DNA of 64,000 bases from Octopus sinensis. Its lineage: Eukaryota. Position 1 is the first letter of the stretch. Every line of letters begins with the position of its first letter. The notes beneath the pieces were generated by a model, which was given only the letters and a program-made list of their open reading frames with translations, was not told the origin of the DNA and ran no database searches. Positions 13,885 through 26,374 of the stretch are shown here, in pieces. The position numbers and the translations under genes are program-made. Location of the stretch: assembly GCF_006345805.1 (NCBI RefSeq), contig NC_043001.1, positions 78,988,001 through 79,052,000 of the forward strand, read 5' to 3'.

Positions 13885-14145
13885 GTGTGTATGTATGTAT
13901 ATACCTATATGAGTATGTCTTTTTGTTGAGTTTGTCTTCCATCAACACTTGACAACCGGTGTTGGTGTGTTTACGCCTACATTGTCTAGCGTTTCGGCAA
14001 AGGAGACCGAACGAATAAGTACTAGGCTTATAAAAACCAAAACAAATGTAAGTACTCGTGTCACTTCATTCAAGTAAAAGCCGTCAAAGCGGTGCCCCAG
14101 GATGACCGTAATCAGGTGACTGAAGCAAGAAGTGAACGATAAAAG
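13675..14145 (+). mobile_element. SINE family B with internal (TA)/(TG) tract
   Basis: GGCGCAGGCATGGCTGTGG head, GAAAGAAGCC then microsatellite, and GAATAAGTACTAGGCTT 3' body. Confidence 0.85.
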
Positions 14146-14446
14146 ATTTAAGATAAGGCATAATGGTAGAAGTTTATGCTAAGAATGCAAATATCAGAAA
14201 TTTATATTCAAATATTTGTTTGCTAATATAGAAAAATTTTTGATCTTGCGATATGAAAAGAGTATCAGTAATGACGCTACGAAACCTGTAAATAGGATGA
14301 CTTCCTCGAAATGGTTGAAAGATCTTCACTTCTCTAATCTGCTGAAAGATAAGAAAAAAATGAAAGCACCCAAATTAAAAAGATTCTTTGCAACATGTGT
14401 CAGTGATCATAATGAATGAGATGCAATATAAGATCTCGTTAATATT

Positions 14447-14657
14447 GGTTTCAAATTTTGGCACAATGGCAGAAATTTTGGCGAGTGGGTTGGGTAAATC
14501 CATTACACCGACCACAGAGAAGAACTGGTACATATTTTATCGACTCCGAAATGATGAGTCGATCTTGGTGGAATTTGAACTCAGAATGTAAAGACAGACT
14601 AAATGTAATAAAATACTTTGCCCGGCGTGCTAACGATATTATCAGGGCGCTGCTTTA
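14447..14657 (-). mobile_element. SINE family A
   Basis: GGTTTCAAATTTTGGCACAA...GGAATTTGAACTCAGAA...GCCCGGCGTGCTAACG. Confidence 0.8.
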
Positions 14658-14767
14658 GATCCCGTTCATATTAGAAAGAAAAGACTATTATATGAGATCA
14701 ATAAAATATTCATAATACCGGTAATTAAAGAAGCCATTGAAAATGCCGTAAAGAATAATTCTTAGAC

Positions 14768-14872
14768 TGTTCCATAGTAGAAGAGTCTTGCCAAAGGTGC
14801 CACGCAGTGGGACTGAACCTGGAGCCATGTGGTTGGGAAGTAAGCTTCTAACCACGCAGCCATACCTGCACC
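14768..14872 (-). mobile_element. SINE family B, 5' part
   Basis: CCAAAGGTGCCACGCAGTGGGACTGAACC...CATGTGGTTGGGAAGTAAGCTTC is the reverse complement of the family B head. Confidence 0.8.
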
Positions 14873-15714
14873 TAAACTCTTTACCTCACATCCACACCTG
14901 TATTTCAGTTTTGCTCCACCAAACTTTTATTTTCTCCCCAAGAACCTTACTGTAGAGCTGTACAGTACTTGAAACTGCGTATCTGGTGAATGAGATGTCT
15001 TGAAGCACACCAACTAAAACCATTTGTAATTGCAATGCTCTGAGGAAAATCATGCGTCTCAAAATATTTATCAAGAAGAGATAAATAACAAATGTTTGGT
15101 GACTTGAGTGGGGAGTTCATCTGTTGAGATTGAAGCTGATATCGAGCCATCATTATCTGACAAGATGAAAACGTGTAAGAATTATGAATTATATTTGCGA
15201 GACCTATAAGCGGAATTTAATGAAATATAGAAATATGTGCAAGATAAAAACTTTGATATTATTCAAATATAAAGAATGTTTTTCCAATTCAAAATCAGAT
15301 TTCATATCAAATATTTTTTTAATCTGCAGTAAATGAAAGAAAAGCTGGAAATATTTTTAAATAGAGACCTGAATATAAAGAGACGACATACAAATTTAAG
15401 CGAAGACTTTAAGATATATTTCCAAAATCTGCCGAAAGAGTTCTTCCTTCACATGATTATTAACCAATTTGATATAAAAACAGAAAATGCAAACATGAAA
15501 TCTTCGTGATGAAATCATTGGTATGTCAGTATTTTTCGAAACTATCTCATTATTTAAAAGAAGAAAAAAATCAGAACTTCTTGGAGGAATGCAAATAATT
15601 ATTTCTAGTTTTGTCATAAGGTCAGTAACTTTCAGAAGAGATCTGTTAGTCAATGCAATCGACACCAGCACTTCACTTATAAATTTATTTGATCAACTTT
15701 GAACGTATGAAAAG

Positions 15715-15885
15715 AGTTAGCAGAACTCGCAGAATCGCCAGCATGCCAGGCAAGATACTTAGCAGCATTCTGTCGGTCCGCACGTTCTCAGTTCAAATTC
15801 CGCCTAATCCAACTTCATCATTCAATCAATCGAGGGCCATAAAATAAGTACCCATTGAACACCGGGGCCTATGTAGTTGACATAC
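15715..15885 (+). mobile_element. SINE family A, degenerate
   Basis: GCAGAATCGCCAGCATGCCAGGCAA...CAGTTCAAATTCCGCC...ATAAAATAAGTACC. Confidence 0.7.
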
Positions 15886-17489
15886 CTTTTCTCGCGTACT
15901 TTATTATATTTTATGTTATCAAATTTGCCATAATGGCAGTACATAGAGTAAGGTAGCTTGCGGACTGGACACGGACATAAATGGTGTGAATGAAACTGAT
16001 ACAAGGATGATAAGGATGGGAGAAGACGAAAAGCGCCCGCCGACTTTTGCTTCTCTAAAACACCTGTTCTTTTTTTAAAAATTTACTGAATGAAGTATTA
16101 ACCCTCGTGCAATTTTTACACTTCATGAACCAAAAGGTCCATGACAATTAAAAACGATTTAATAAAGCGATAAGCCTATTACATAAATCGCCTTACTTCT
16201 CCCGTATTTGCTGACCTTGTGGCACAATTTGAAACTATTTTTATTATTGTTGTTGCTATTATTTTCCTTGTTTCTGTTCTAAAAGTTACCGAGAGGCTTC
16301 AAGGAACAGCTTGCTAGACGTTCTACACTGGGTGTTGTACATTCGTAGAAATGGTATAATTGAAAAGAAGGAGACTAAATAATGACAATTAAGATTTCAC
16401 AAAAGTTTCTTGCATACAGTGTTTCTCTCAGAATCGAGGCCGTACTCATGAGAACGGTCTTGTATAGTTGTGATATATTTTGTGTTTCCTGGTATTCGAA
16501 CATTGAATTTAAAACTTTAGATCGTTCGTGTAAAGAAAACGATGGATTAATTTGTCAAATACTAACTTAAAATCCGCACTCCCTGTGGACCTATAAACTA
16601 GCTCCTGCGAAGGGCAAATTGAGCCTGCGGCCCAAAACTGAGGGAGCGATAATAATAAAGCTTTCATTGGTAGCCTTCCGATACGGTATCCCTTTAAATT
16701 CAGTTTATATGAAAAGTTCACAAATTTTGGGAGCTCTTTAAAATTTTAATTTTCTGCTGTTAGCGTATAACAAATCATCACCCAGACCTGATCTCAATGC
16801 TGGATGTTCAAGAACCAAATGAAGGGCTGATTTTCAATCCAGGTATCACCCTGATTCCAAAAGGTTTGATATGTCTATGTAGAGCAAATGCAGACTGAGA
16901 TACATGGGTCTTGGATGGACAGACATACCGAATTCCGTGTTTATTATTATAGATCCATACCTTGCGACATTTAAGAGCTTTCTTAGGGCAATATGATCCG
17001 TGCAAAAAACAGAGTTGGTGATAGGGAAACACCTTGAAAAGTGTGTCATTCATCGGCCTTCACAGCATCTGTCTGGATTCTATGTTAGAACTGTCTCGCA
17101 GATCTGCAGACAGTTTCATAGAAAATTACCAATAATCAGACAGATTTATAGATTGCCAAGAATTTCTCAATTCAATTATAGGAAAAGCTATTAAACGTTT
17201 TATTGTAATCAATCCAAGCAATGGAAAGATTATAACGTTGTTTACGGCAGTCCTCTAGAATCATTTTATTGATAAAAAAGCTGATATTTACCCCGTAAGA
17301 GTCATATGTACCGCATTTTTGTTTGTGAATGAATATCCATCAGAAAGTTATATATGCGTATTCAATAGTGATAGATGTTCGTATTTTATATATTGTTGTA
17401 AGAAATGATATTGGTTGATGGTTTTGGAGGTTGTTTCGTCACATTTGAGGACTAAATAATTTACTTCATTTAGCAGACAGTGAGCGATG

Positions 17490-18035
17490 TATTATTATTA
17501 TTATTCTTTCTTCAAATTTTCTTCTATGTCTCGCCGGGTGTTTTCCGTACACCTAGGACAGAGAAGCTCATTGTATGCATTCCCAGATTACACACGCAAA
17601 TTCACAGGTAAATATGTATTTTAAAAAATTAATAAATAAATATATTCATGATGGACGTTGTTTTCACAGCGATAATGCTCTTCTGAGCACATGAGTCGTT
17701 CCAGATAACACGATTTTTTGCACTTCCTGTAGGGATGGTAAGCCTGGCATCATTTTCAAATAGGTTTTAGTACCTTTTTTATTATTCCTACAATCACTTG
17801 TACTGTAGTCGCCTTGAGATGTCACATTTTTTCAATTCCTATTAGCAAGTCTATATATTTTGTCAAATTCTTTCGCCGCTATATTGTGATCGCAAGGAAT
17901 ACTCATGTCAATTAATAAGCTCACCATTTTTGTCTGATCTTTTATAATAATATCCGGTTTATTAGCTTTTATAGTTTTGTCGGTAAATACGGGGAAGTCC
18001 CAGAGAATCGATTCCTTTTCTCCCTCAGTCACATT
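17490..18035 (-). mobile_element. R4/Dong-like non-LTR retrotransposon, REL endonuclease 3' fragment
   Basis: Encodes ILWDFPVFTDKTIKANKPDIIIKD...LLIDMSIPCDHNIAAKEFDK, then frameshifted ...PGLPSLQEVQKIVLSGTTHVLRRALSL*. Flanked by (TAA)n on its sense strand. Confidence 0.85.
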
Positions 18036-18100
18036 GTTATTTTTATTATTATTATTATAATTATAATTATTATTATTATTATTATTATTGATATTATTAT

Positions 18101-18215
18101 TCTTGAGTGAGAGAGCAGTGCATGGCATCAAAGTGACACTGGGGTAAAATATAGAAATCCCAGTATACCCATTATGACTACTAGTCAAACAAGGGTACAC
18201 CAGGCACATGCATCT
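18101..18215 (-). mobile_element. 3' terminus of a Dong-like element with (TAA)n tail
   Basis: Reverse complement matches ~30975-31081 (GATGCATGTGCCTGGTGTACC...CTGCTCTCTCACTCAA); tail at 18036-18100. Confidence 0.75.
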
Positions 18216-18443
18216 GGTATTATTCCTCCAATAAGGCAATCTTGAAATTGATTTCAGCCTCTCATGTAAACTAATAAATATATTTAGCTAGCACCTTTGA
18301 AGTAAATCTGGTCCTTGACCTTTCCAATTAGGCATTTTTCTTAGTATTTTACTCATGAATGCACTAGTTAATTTTTGCTTCGTGTTGGCTTCAGATTTGA
18401 TCTATCTTCCCAGCAGCTCGCTGCCATACGTCCATGCTGTTTG

Positions 18444-18444
<1 letters not shown>

Positions 18445-18528
<84 letters not shown>

Positions 18529-18572
18529 CATTATTATTATTATTATCATTATTATTATTATTATTATTATTA

Positions 18573-18653
<81 letters not shown>

Positions 18654-18722
18654 CATCATCATCATCATCAACATCATCATCATCATCATCATCATCATTA
18701 TCATTATCATTATCATTATTAC

Positions 18723-18753
<31 letters not shown>

Positions 18754-18836
18754 GTTATTGTTGTTGTTGTTGTTGTTTTTGTTATTATTATTATTATTAT
18801 ATTATTATTATTATTATTATTATTATCATTATTATT
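18445..18836. repeat. Compound (TTA)/(TCA)/(TTG) trinucleotide microsatellite
   Basis: Directly visible; explains the poly-Y/I/L ORFs at 18355-18912. Confidence 0.97.
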
Positions 18837-19660
18837 CAGTAGTTTTATTTTTATAGCGTGCTTTCACTTCATTACCGAGCGCAGCTCTGTGTGCCTTGGG
18901 TATGTGTTGTGATTTGTTGTGATGCTCTGATGGTTATTGTATGGAAAGTGTTCTGCGTAGGATGTGTGCAGTGCCTAGTAGTGCAATTTTCTGTATGTTA
19001 TATGTGTTTGTAAGTCCTGGTGTTTTTGTTATGTATTTGTCTGAATATTTTTTTTATTATGCCTAATGCACCTACTATGATAGGAATTGTTTCTGTTTTC
19101 AGATTCCACATTCTAGTTACCACTATTTCCAAGTCTTTGTATTTTGAGAGTTTCTCCATTTCTTTTAGAGACACGTTGTCATCTGCCGGTATTGATACAT
19201 CAATTAGAAAGCATTTTTTTTCTTCATGATCTCTGACAACTATATCTGGTCTGTTGGCCTTAATTTCTCTATCTGTGCGTATCGGCATATCCCAGAGTAT
19301 GGTTGATTTCTCGTTTTCTGTGACCTTTTCTGGTGTGTGCCTATACCATCTTTTTTCTGTTGTTATTCCATAATGTTGGCATAGCTTCCAATGTATGTAG
19401 GTTCCAACTCTGTCATGTCTGTGAATATATTCCTTCTTAGCCAGGACTGGGCAGCTAGAGATAATATGATTTATTGTTTCTTGTCCATCTCCACATATTC
19501 TGCAGTTACTTGTAATATTTCTTTTCATTACATGTTTTTGGTAATTTCTGGTGGGGAGGCTTTGGTCTTGTGCTGCAATTAAAAATCCCTCTGTTTCTGC
19601 TTTGAGTCCTGAGCTTCTCAACCATTGCTGGGATTTTTCTTTGTCTATTTCTTTTGCGTT
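18837..19660 (-). mobile_element. R4/Dong-like LINE, 5'-truncated (CCHC + REL endonuclease + 3' UTR)
   Basis: ORF 18998-19621: EGFLIAAQDQ, CRICGDGQETINHIISSC, RHD, ILWD..I.TD...ANRPDIVV...LIDVSIP...KEMEKLSKYKDL...IIVGALG. One frameshift in an A-run near 19050; the corrected frame ends GTAHILRRTLSIQ* at 18934. (TAA)n on both sides. Confidence 0.93.
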
Positions 19661-19679
19661 TATTATTATTATTATTATG

Positions 19680-19733
<54 letters not shown>

Positions 19734-20276
19734 TGATAAAAACACTTTGCTGGGTATCATGGAAAGGGTCAGTAGCCCACAGACAGAAAATTAAGCGAAT
19801 CATCATCCAGAATCTCTCGTCTGGTTGTGTCTTCAATCCAGTGGCACATCGAGTTCCAGATGAATAGGGGAGACAGATGCAGTGGATAGTCAAAATGTCA
19901 TAATTGCCTTATCTTGCTCTCTGCTCTTTACAATGTATTGCTGCATCCACCATCCTATCCGTTGCATCATGAACATTTCTTCCGATGAGTTCCAGTCTTC
20001 ACATGTGTATGTAGTCAGTTATCCTACATCTGGGATCCTGGTAGGTGCTACTACGTCGGGTCAGAATAAGTCAGGTGTAAAGCTGCCGATCTGTACATTA
20101 TACTTCGTAATATTTATATCTCTCAGAAATACATTTGACCGAAAAGGGGGGATTCTTCCTTTCTTTTGAAAATATAACTCACCAAAACATTTTTTTACAT
20201 TTATGAGGTTTTACGAAGTTCTAAGTGGATTAACCCGTGATAGGACTCAGAAGGCAAAGAAACCTAAGTAAATACT

Positions 20277-20492
20277 GGTTTCACAGTTTGGCACAAGACC
20301 AACATTTTCGGTGGAGGGACTATGTCGATTGCATCAACCCCATTGCTCAGCTGTAATGTATTTTATAGACTCCTAAAAAATAAAAGTCAAAATCGACATC
20401 GGCAGAATTTGAACTCAGAACGTAATCATGGACAAAAATTCCACAAAACATTTTTCTCGGGATGCTAACGATTCCGCCAGTTCGATGACTTA
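20277..20492 (-). mobile_element. SINE family A
   Basis: TTTGGCACAAGACC...GGCAGAATTTGAACTCAGAACG...GCTAACGATTCCGCCAG. Confidence 0.8.
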
Positions 20493-21334
20493 GACCTACG
20501 TAAATACTGCAATACCTGTTGTCCTACGATCTGCTATTTTTCCAAGCTCCATCCGTAATAATTATTCCTTATAAGTAAGCCAGGCCGAATCCAATACCTC
20601 ACTAGTGCATTTCGTTGAATTTGTCAAAGTAATACTAAAAACGCTTCGAATTTGAACTAAGAACGTTAGAAGACATAATTATATAATTCAAGTGATTCTG
20701 CCTATCGTTCTTTAATAATTCAACAGGCCAATGTTTGATCCGTGGTAACTTCTTTCATAATTCTCATCCGTTTATTACGAATTTTAATGGGAAAGAACAA
20801 AAATATGTTGTTTCCTCTTTCATTCATTACGATATATTTTATGGAAAGACATCTACTCTAATTCATGCAAAAAAAGTTTGTTACACCTAGCAGTGCAATC
20901 AGGGTTGGAAAACAATAATACTGCAAGGAATTTTCTCCAACCTTTTTACAAATCCTCAATGCAGCTCCTTACACTGCTACCTTAATTTCGAGAACCAGAA
21001 GGAATGAAAAACAAATCTGGAATCGGTGGGATCTGATCTTAGAACCTAAGCAGCCCAAAACATATGCCATAAAGCAATAATGCCGAGCACTCTAACAATT
21101 CCGCTAATCCGCCACCCTTAATGCTTTTTTTTTACTACAAAGAATATAAATAATAAGTATTCCAATAATAATAAAAATGTTAACAACAACAATGAACACA
21201 ACTACAACGAGAACAATAACATCCATAAAAATTTATTTTGATCTTTCTGTTATTCTTCTCTCTTTTTTCCACCTATTTCTTTTATCTGTTTTCGTTTCTA
21301 TGTACTACCTTTGGCTTTATCGATTCTACGTTAC

Positions 21335-21379
21335 ATCTCTCTTTCTTTCTCTCTTTCTTTCTTTCTTTCTTTCTTTCCT

Positions 21380-21419
<40 letters not shown>

Positions 21420-21434
21420 TCCTTCTTTCTTTCT

Positions 21435-21470
<36 letters not shown>

Positions 21471-21525
21471 TCCTTCTTTCTTTCTTTCTTTCCTTCTTTC
21501 TTTCATTCTTTCTTTCTTTCTTTCT
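21335..21525. repeat. (TTTC)n polypyrimidine microsatellite
   Basis: Directly visible. Confidence 0.97.
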
Positions 21526-22009
21526 ATTTTCTATATTTTTCATTCACTTATTTTACCCAATTTTTCTTTTCCTATCTATGATAGATATTTTCTCTTCATG
21601 TCTTCTTTCTTCTTATTTCTATTATATTTATTTCACACTAAACATAAAATTCTGTTCCGCTTGATTGTATTATATTTATGAACTGTTCATGTTCCGTTTG
21701 TTTTGATGGTTTCAATGAGGAGAAAAAAAAATGAAAAAGAAATTAAAATGATAACAAAAACAAAAACAACAGCAATAATAACAATGATGATGGGGCGATG
21801 AGAAGGAAGAAGAGAACAAGGATGATGTTGAATGTAAAAAAAAAAAAAGAAATGTTGGCTGCGTAAATAGATGACAATAGGTAGTAGAAACTTTTGATGT
21901 GTAAATGTGTGGACATGTCGACTTGGTCGCTCGCTGAATGTGTTTGTTTCATGTAGCTTATACACACGAGTGTGAATCGATAGGGAGACGAGTTAACTAA
22001 GGTCACGCG

Positions 22010-22512
22010 ATCATCGTCGTCGTTGTCGATATTGTTGTCGTCTTCGTCGTCGTCATCATCATCGTCAATGCCGACACCAGTAATGCCATCATGCGGATGA
22101 TTATGATCATGTATATAATCATCTTCGATAATCATCATTCACGTTCCTATCGCCACTATGGCCCGTACCGTGATGATCGTCATGATCATCGTGATCGCCA
22201 TGATCATGAGCATAAGAATCGTCATCGTCGCCATCAGCACCATCGTCGACGCCATCATCATCATATTCGCCATCATCATCATCGCAGTCATCATCATCGC
22301 CATCATCATCGTCACCATCATCATCGCCGCCATCATCATCGTGCCATCATCTTCGTCGTCATCATCATCATCATCATCATGAGGGTACTAGACTTATCAT
22401 ACCCAACCACATCACCGCAAAAATTACTAGCGGAATCACAATCACAAGCACCACCACCATTAGGACCACAAGCATCACCAGCACCACCGGCACCACCACC
22501 ACCACCACCACC

Positions 22513-22558
<46 letters not shown>

Positions 22559-22570
22559 GCAACAACAAAA
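22010..22570. repeat. Compound (CGT)/(CAT)/(CCA)/(CAA) trinucleotide region
   Basis: Directly visible; produces the His/Pro/Thr-rich ORF 22091-22675. Confidence 0.9.
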
Positions 22571-24233
22571 ACTAGTACCAACACGACAGACTTCGTTAAC
22601 AGAAGCAGCTTACCATTCACAATGGATTTCTCACAAAGGATAGTGAACTGGATTAGCTGTTTCATGTACATCTGACACAGAGGGGTTTAAGTTCATATCA
22701 GGTCGTGAGGGTGGGCGACTGCGTGTTTCACTTTTATCATGCACGTGTATAATCAAGTGCATTATAACCAGACATATACACACACAAAGAGACACACGCA
22801 CTCTCATAAACATATATACATGCTCATATCATCAAACGCTTCATAAAACGCTTATCTTTCACTGTTTGTTCTTCCTTCTTTTCGGCTTTCCTTTTTCTCT
22901 ACCTTTCTCTCTATCTCTTCCTCTCTGTCTGTCTGTCACTCTCTCTCTCTGTCTCTATCACTCACTATTTCTCTCTCTACACACACAAATACACACGTAT
23001 AATTAAATGCATGCATGCAAACATAAATGCAAATAGAGACATATGCAAATATATATACATACAAAATTACACAGGCGTATATACGTATACAGTACTTGAA
23101 AACCGAAAGTAGGGGAATACGCTTTTATGATCACAGCCGTCCGACGAGCGGGAACGTGAAACTCCGTGTTAGAGCGTTTGAAGATTTCTTCATTCTTAAT
23201 AAAAATACATTCATAGTATTTATATATATATACACACACGTACAATCATATGTATTTATACAACCAGACTTATGAAATACACGAGCACAAGCAACTTTTT
23301 GCGCTACTCATTATCAATATAGATTAATGTATGTGTGTGTGCATGTGTTTGTGAGTATGTGTGTGTTTGTTTGTGTGTGTGTCTTGTCTCCAGCCGCACA
23401 GTGTTTGTCATCTTTCTATATTTACATTTATGTGTCGCAGTTGTTTTCGTCACTGTGGGAAAACCTTTGCACGATCATCCCAACAGCTTTTCGTTGTTGG
23501 CGCCACCAAAAGTGAACAATATTATCGATAAATACGTGATGTTCTAATGATGTTTTGCACGATAACTGACGAGGAAATATCACGTCCATGTACTGTTTGG
23601 GAATTTTCCGATATTTCTTTGTTAAGATTCTGTACAATTATTTAAATTGATATAAGTAACAATATAGAACATGGAGACTCGTTCATACTCAAAATGTATT
23701 TCCTCTTAGTGCGCAATATTATAATCATATTATTAGGGACTTTATGACCTACACCTGTTTCCATTGCACAGATAATGAGCAGGTGCAAATGCATCTTGGC
23801 ACGGTTTTCGGTGCAGCTTCATCAGGGCCAACCCATTTAGTTAATTTCGAAGCCAACTCATGTTCAATATCGTTATAATTATTGCTGATATATATCAGAC
23901 AATATTACCTTTCAGTGAAATGAACAGGGATTTATCCATGGGAGGAATTTACAGAGTGACTTACAACTAATCGAAGCTATAGTCGTTAAATACGCTCGAA
24001 CATATCGGAGAGCCACCACGGTATCCGCCCTGATGATATATCCCCCCCTCTCTCTCTCTTTCTTTCTTTCTCTTTCACACATACATATATATCTATATCT
24101 ATCTATATATCTACCTACCTACCTATATATATAGCTCTCTTTCACACAAGTACATATGTATCTATTTCTATATCTGTATATAAATAAATAAATAAATATA
24201 TATATATACACTCACACACACATATATATATAT

Positions 24234-24266
<33 letters not shown>

Positions 24267-24736
24267 TATATATAATATATATATATATATATGTATATAT
24301 ATACATATATATATATGTATATATATATATGTACTATATACGTATACGTGGGTGGATAGAAGGATGGATAGATAGATGGATGGTTGGATGCATACTTTTC
24401 TATATAAATGTATATATACAGGATACAAGCGGTCGAAAAATCGTGCGCATGCACGACACAAACGCATGTAGATTACCAATATGACACACCAGAACGTTTA
24501 TAAGGATCCTCACTAATGGGATCACATAGTCAGTGTCTGTAATGCTATATCTATTGTATTTTATGACCAATTGTATAGAAGCTTGTCCTCGGATACGAGT
24601 TAGTTCTGCCTTATAGGCATGCCCATACATACATGAATACATACATATAACTATACAAATACACATACATATACATGCATATATGTGTATGTATTTGAGT
24701 GTATACGTGTGTGTGCGTGTGTGTGTGAAGTAATGA

Positions 24737-24916
24737 TACCATTGATTTTATGTTAAGAAAAGTAAGAAAATAGTGTTTTAACAATTTTTTAAGCCGATTA
24801 CATGGAGAAAATGTTTTCCAAAATGGAGACGAACACCTTTCCCCCCGTGATCGGCTTCAAAAAATGTTAAGGCACCAGTATATTTTCTCAATTTTCTTAA
24901 CATGAAACGAATGGTA
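24737..24916. repeat. Imperfect ~180-bp foldback hairpin
   Basis: TACCATTGATTTTATGTTAAGAAAAGTAAGAAAATA...AAGCCGATTAC pairs with GTGATCGGCTT...TATTTTCTCAATTTTCTTAACATGAAACGAATGGTA. Confidence 0.8.
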
Positions 24917-25027
24917 GTCTTGATTTACAACTAAAGTAATTATACCCACCAACATGGTGTTGCGCACTTATTTTCACCATTCGATATTGATGTGGTCATC
25001 TGTACACACACATACACACACACATAC

Positions 25028-25067
<40 letters not shown>

Positions 25068-25278
25068 CAGCACACGCTCACACCCATGCACACACACAAT
25101 CACACACATAATGTAGTGTGTGTATGAGTGTACGTAAATCTCTGTCTCTCTTTCTATATATATATATATATATACCGGAGTAAACACGTAAATGTGAAAC
25201 AAGGTGGAAAAAAGAGTACTCAAATACCAGTGGTAGAGTAATATGCTTTATTTTAAGCAGCAGAAAATTCAACAAAAT

Positions 25279-25316
25279 CTGTTACTCTGAGTTTCTCGTT
25301 GCCGTTCATCAGACAG
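25279..25316 (-). ncRNA. Minimal type I hammerhead ribozyme, intact core
   Basis: Sense CUGU-CUGAUGA-aCGgcaaCGa-GAAA-CUCaGAG-UA-ACAG: core intact, short stem II, near-palindromic stem III, GUA triplet, stem I CUGU/ACAG. Confidence 0.85.
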
Positions 25317-26027
25317 TTTTTGCTAGAATGGAACTGATATATCAATTCAATCTAGACTCTTACAAACGCTACACCTTTAAAAAGAAATGGACTTGTTTGA
25401 TTGGCCCTTTAGAAAAAAAACGGTCAATCTTCGAGCGATAAACAAAAAGGTCAAAAATATATGTATATATATATAAAAAAGCTTATAAAAATTATAAAAT
25501 CCGAGGAAAAACCTTACATTGAATAAAATACATATTGACATTAATGAAGAAAGTATAAATTAATTCATAGGAATTAAACCTGTTATAAATATTACACTGC
25601 AATACATATTTTTATTAAAATGTGCATATATATATCAACATACGCAAAAAGGATGCGCGCCAACGCCATACATATACAGACGTATGAATATAAATCTAAA
25701 TATACACATAAATGCATGTGTACATATATTCACACAAAACCATCTCGCACGCAAATTAAAAATCATGTATGTAGCGATTCTCATATACTGAGTAAGGGGG
25801 GGAACGAAAGAAAGGAAGAGAGAGAAAAAGGAACGAAGGAGGGGTGGGGAAAAAAACGAAATAAGAAAAAATTATGTATACAATCTGTGTAACGGCGTTA
25901 TTGGCATATATGGAGGCAAGTATACAAACAAGTTCGTATGGATACATACATACAGTTGTGTATATGTGTGCTTAAGCACAAACATACTCTCACTTACACA
26001 TACACAGATACGCATGCTTACAAATAC

Positions 26028-26236
26028 ATATCCTTCTTTCAAAGGATGGGCTTACGGGTTACGATAGATGCTAACCTGAATAGTGTAGATTTTTTAGACG
26101 TAAATTTTAATGTAAGATCGGATAGATTTAAACCTTTCCGTAAGGCCAATGAAAAGCTATCGTATATTAGCTAAGATTCAAACCATCCACCAGTTATCCT
26201 TAGGAACTTAGTCAGCAATGTAGGTAGAAGAATATC
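26028..26236 (+). pseudogene. Penelope-like reverse transcriptase C-terminal (thumb) fragment
   Basis: SFFQRMGLRVTIDANLNSVDFLDVNFNVRSDRFKPFRKANEKLSYIS*DSNHPPVILRNLVSNVGRRIS contains the FLDV...KP.RK...SNHPP motifs typical of PLE RTs. Confidence 0.88.
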
Positions 26237-26336
26237 TTTTCTAAAGGGCCAATCAAACAAGTCCATTTCTTTTTAAAGGTGTAGCGTTTGTAAGAGTCTA
26301 GATTGAATTGATATATCAGTTCCATTCTAGCAAAAA

Positions 26337-26374
26337 CTGTCTGATGAACGGCAACGAGAGACTCAGAGTAACAG
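26337..26374 (+). ncRNA. Minimal type I hammerhead, core-mutated copy
   Basis: Inverted twin of 25279-25316 with GAAAC changed to GAGAC. Confidence 0.75.

Larger units (their letters stand above)
14216..15600 (+). mobile_element. Highly decayed hAT (Buster/ZBED5-like) transposase remnants interrupted by SINEs
   Basis: Collinear peptides: EKSISNDATKP (~14255), FIIPVIKEAIENAV (~14710), AEFNEI.KYVQDKNFDIIQI (~15210) and NLSEDFKIYF/QFDIKTENANM/LRDEIIGMSVFFETISLFKRRK (~15395-15570). They resemble Buster-type transposase segments by eye. Confidence 0.5.

Noticed and set aside
14951-15156. Exon-like minus-strand segment (ttgtcag|ATA...CTACA|gtaagg) with a 68-aa ORF
   Set aside because: No recognisable protein and no partner exons; it lies among hAT remnants, and such sites arise by chance.
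16846-17049. TDHIALRKLL peptide resembling the Gypsy RNase H TDH motif
   Set aside because: A single short motif with no supporting flanking similarity.
18355-18912. Long poly-Y/I/L/H ORFs
   Set aside because: Trinucleotide microsatellite read-through.
22091-22675. 194-aa His/Pro/Thr-rich ORF as a gene
   Set aside because: Built almost entirely from trinucleotide repeats that are open in several frames on both strands; only the unique 3' island is kept as a low-level finding.
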